A DNA stretch of 64,000 nucleotides. Origin: an uncultured Bacilli bacterium. GTDB taxonomy: Bacteria > Bacillota_I > Bacilli_A > RF39 > UBA660. The notes below the pieces were generated by a model. It did no database searches, was not told the DNA's origin, and saw only the letters and a program-made list of their open reading frames with translations. The stretch is taken from assembly GCA_934097085.1 (NCBI GenBank), contig CAKONK010000003.1, forward strand, positions 31,398-95,397, read 5' to 3'. How positions within the stretch are numbered: position 1 is the stretch's first letter; every line of letters begins with the position of its first letter. A program made the translations under genes and the position numbers. This document shows positions 62,140 through 64,000 of this stretch, piece after piece.

Positions 62140-64000
62140 TTATCCCCTTAATTTAACATTTAAATTGTTTGTTACTTTATCAATAATATTTTCAAAATTA
62201 TCCATAACTTCTTTTTCAGTTAAAGTTCTTTCATTATCACTATAAGTTAATTTAAATGCAATACTTTTTTCATTACTATCATTATTTGGAATATATAAAT
62301 CAAATACATCAATATTTTTTAAAAGTCTTCCACCTGCTTTTTTAATTTCCTTTATTAAACTTTCACAAGTAATATCTTTATTACATACAAATGCTACATC
62401 TTTAATAATTTCTGGATATTTTGAGGCTTCTTTATATTTAATTGGTTTTATATCTCCCATTAATTTGTTAATAGAAAGTTCACAAACATAAACATTATCT
62501 TTACAAATAGTGGGATGAACTTTACCAATAATTCCTATTTGTTTATTATCTAGGGTAATACTTGCACTTATACCTGGATGTAAGTTATTTATTTTGCTAG
62601 CCACAAAATTATATCTATTTTTAAGTCCTAGATAATCTAATAAATTTTGAACAATACCTTTTAAAGTATAAAAATCACATTCAATTTCATTATGATTCCA
62701 TGCGTTATAAATATATTTTCCACTTATAAGCATTGCTACTTTAATATCTTCATTAAAGTCTTTATCATAAGTTTTACTTATTTCATAAAGTAATATATCA
62801 TCTACTTTTCTTGCTTTATTATAGTCGTAAACATTTAAAAGTGATGGAATAATGGTAGTTCTAACAATGCTTTTATCAATGCTCATTGGATTAGGAAGTA
62901 CAACATTTTCTTTGCCTTCATAGATAAATAAGTTAGCCATAGATGGAGATACTAAAGTATATGTTTTACATTCATTTAAACCTAAACTGCGTAGTCTTTT
63001 TGAAATAATCTTTCTATATTTAACATCGCCAATATATTCACCTTTTTTGTATGTTCCTTTTGGTAAAGTAGATATTAAATTTTCATAACCATAAAGTCTT
63101 CCTATTTCTTCGGCAATATCATTAACATATGGGTCAATATCAAGTCTACGATTAGGTATTGTTACTGTAAATATACCATCTTCATATGTATATTCAAACA
63201 TTAACCTATCTAGTTCTTTAGCCATATCTTCAGTAGAAATTTCAATTCCTAACATTTTATTAACATCATTTGGATTAAATTTAACTATTTTTTTAGTTTT
63301 ATCTACTTTATCATATGTTACCCTACCTGATAAAATTTTTGCATCAGCATATTTTTCAAGTAAATGACATGCCCTATTTAAGGCATCAATTGTATATTCA
63401 TAATTTAAGCCTTTACCATATCTAATTGAGGCCTCACTTTTTAAGCTTAATCTTGCGGCAGTATTTCTTATTGATACAGCATCAAAAATAGCACTTTCAA
63501 TTAAAATAGTTTTTGTATTTTCATCAACATCAGTATTTTCTCCACCCATTACACCAGCAATACATACTGGTTTTTGACCATCAGTTATAACTATATCGCT
63601 TTCATTTAATACTCTATCTTTTCCATCTAAAGTTTTAATTTTTTCATCATTTAAAGCATTTCTAACAACAATATTACCACCAAGTTTATCTTTATCAAAA
63701 AAATGTAAAGGTTGTCCATATTCAAGCATAACATAATTTGAAATATCAACAACATTATTAATTGGTCTCATACCAGCACTAATTAATCTATCTTGAATAA
63801 ATTTTGGTGATGGTTTAATAGTTAAATTTGTTACCATCTTTGCAAGATAAAATGGACATTTTTCAGTATCTACTTCTAAAGAAAAATGATTGGTTATGCT
63901 ATCTTCGATTTCATTATAACTAACATCAGGAAATGTCACCTTTTTGTTTAATATAGAGGCTATTTCATAAGCAAAACCAATATGATAGTAACAATCGTTA
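62140..64000 (-). CDS. pheT: phenylalanine--tRNA ligase beta subunit; 5' part lies beyond the window end
   Basis: B3/4, B5, catalytic-like and C-terminal FDX-ACB domain pattern. The frame stays open upstream of the ORF-track GTG at 63939, to position 64000 (..NDCYYHIGFAYEIASILNKKVTFPDV). Confidence 0.9.
   Translation of the reverse strand, partial: NDCYYHIGFAYEIASILNKKVTFPDVSYNEIEDSITNHFSLEVDTEKCPFYLAKMVTNLTIKPSPKFIQDRLISAGMRPINNVVDISNYVMLEYGQPLHFFDKDKLGGNIVVRNALNDEKIKTLDGKDRVLNESDIVITDGQKPVCIAGVMGGENTDVDENTKTILIESAIFDAVSIRNTAARLSLKSEASIRYGKGLNYEYTIDALNRACHLLEKYADAKILSGRVTYDKVDKTKKIVKFNPNDVNKMLGIEISTEDMAKELDRLMFEYTYEDGIFTVTIPNRRLDIDPYVNDIAEEIGRLYGYENLISTLPKGTYKKGEYIGDVKYRKIISKRLRSLGLNECKTYTLVSPSMANLFIYEGKENVVLPNPMSIDKSIVRTTIIPSLLNVYDYNKARKVDDILLYEISKTYDKDFNEDIKVAMLISGKYIYNAWNHNEIECDFYTLKGIVQNLLDYLGLKNRYNFVASKINNLHPGISASITLDNKQIGIIGKVHPTICKDNVYVCELSINKLMGDIKPIKYKEASKYPEIIKDVAFVCNKDITCESLIKEIKKAGGRLLKNIDVFDLYIPNNDSNEKSIAFKLTYSDNERTLTEKEVMDNFENIIDKVTNNLNVKLRG

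Noticed and set aside
1-64000. Alternative genetic code (TGA = Trp), as in Mollicutes, given the extreme AT content
   Set aside because: Conserved genes end at TGA (recU at 7135-7137, the 550-aa gene at 43412-43414). Trp positions in EF-Tu, EF-G and PBP are encoded by TGG. All long ORFs are intact under code 11.

Overview
This is a 64-kb chromosomal window from a very AT-rich, cell-walled, low-GC Bacillota organism. GC was judged by eye, not computed. The genetic code is standard: TGA is used as a stop and TGG encodes Trp. I count about 60 protein genes, almost all on the - strand, plus tRNA-Leu(CAA), tRNA-Met(CAT), a type-B RNase P RNA and an L10 leader. I saw no rRNA, CRISPR array, integrase, transposase or prophage module.

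The backbone is housekeeping, with Bacillus-like synteny:
- cotD-like, pgsA, rodZ-like, rnpB, gpsB, recU-ponA, nth-dnaD-cca
- murE-asnB, scpAB, RNase J, RNase Y, recG, PFOR, eno, femX-like
- tuf-fusA-rpsG-rpsL, rplL-rplJ-rplA-rplK, pheT

Accessory material sits in small islets without recombinase genes:
1. A radical-SAM gene, a candidate sRNA or micro-ORF and an XRE regulator next to tRNA-Leu.
2. An Abi_2 abortive-infection gene next to tRNA-Met, bracketed by a 40-nt repeated hairpin.
3. An AAA_14/DUF4143 ATPase with two 38-bp palindromes.
4. Three unknown genes wedged downstream of tuf, each transcription unit carrying a copy of the tuf terminator plus a promoter.
5. A large surface-protein gene wedged between eno and PFOR, bracketed by duplicated copies of the eno 3' end and terminator.
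6. A 7-gene MBOAT/DHHW/SGNH/patatin envelope-acylation string.
7. A Cys-rich exported repeat protein followed by a divergent FtsK-like ATPase at the left edge.

Other oddities:
- Two paralogous C-rich sRNA candidates flank recG in inverted orientation.
- L11 carries a roughly 58-aa acidic tail.
- rpoBC and nusG are absent from their usual places in the ribosomal cluster.
- A methyltransferase is frameshifted at a homopolymer.
- PBP1A has a (DK)n tail.

All functional calls rest on motif recognition by eye. No searches were run.
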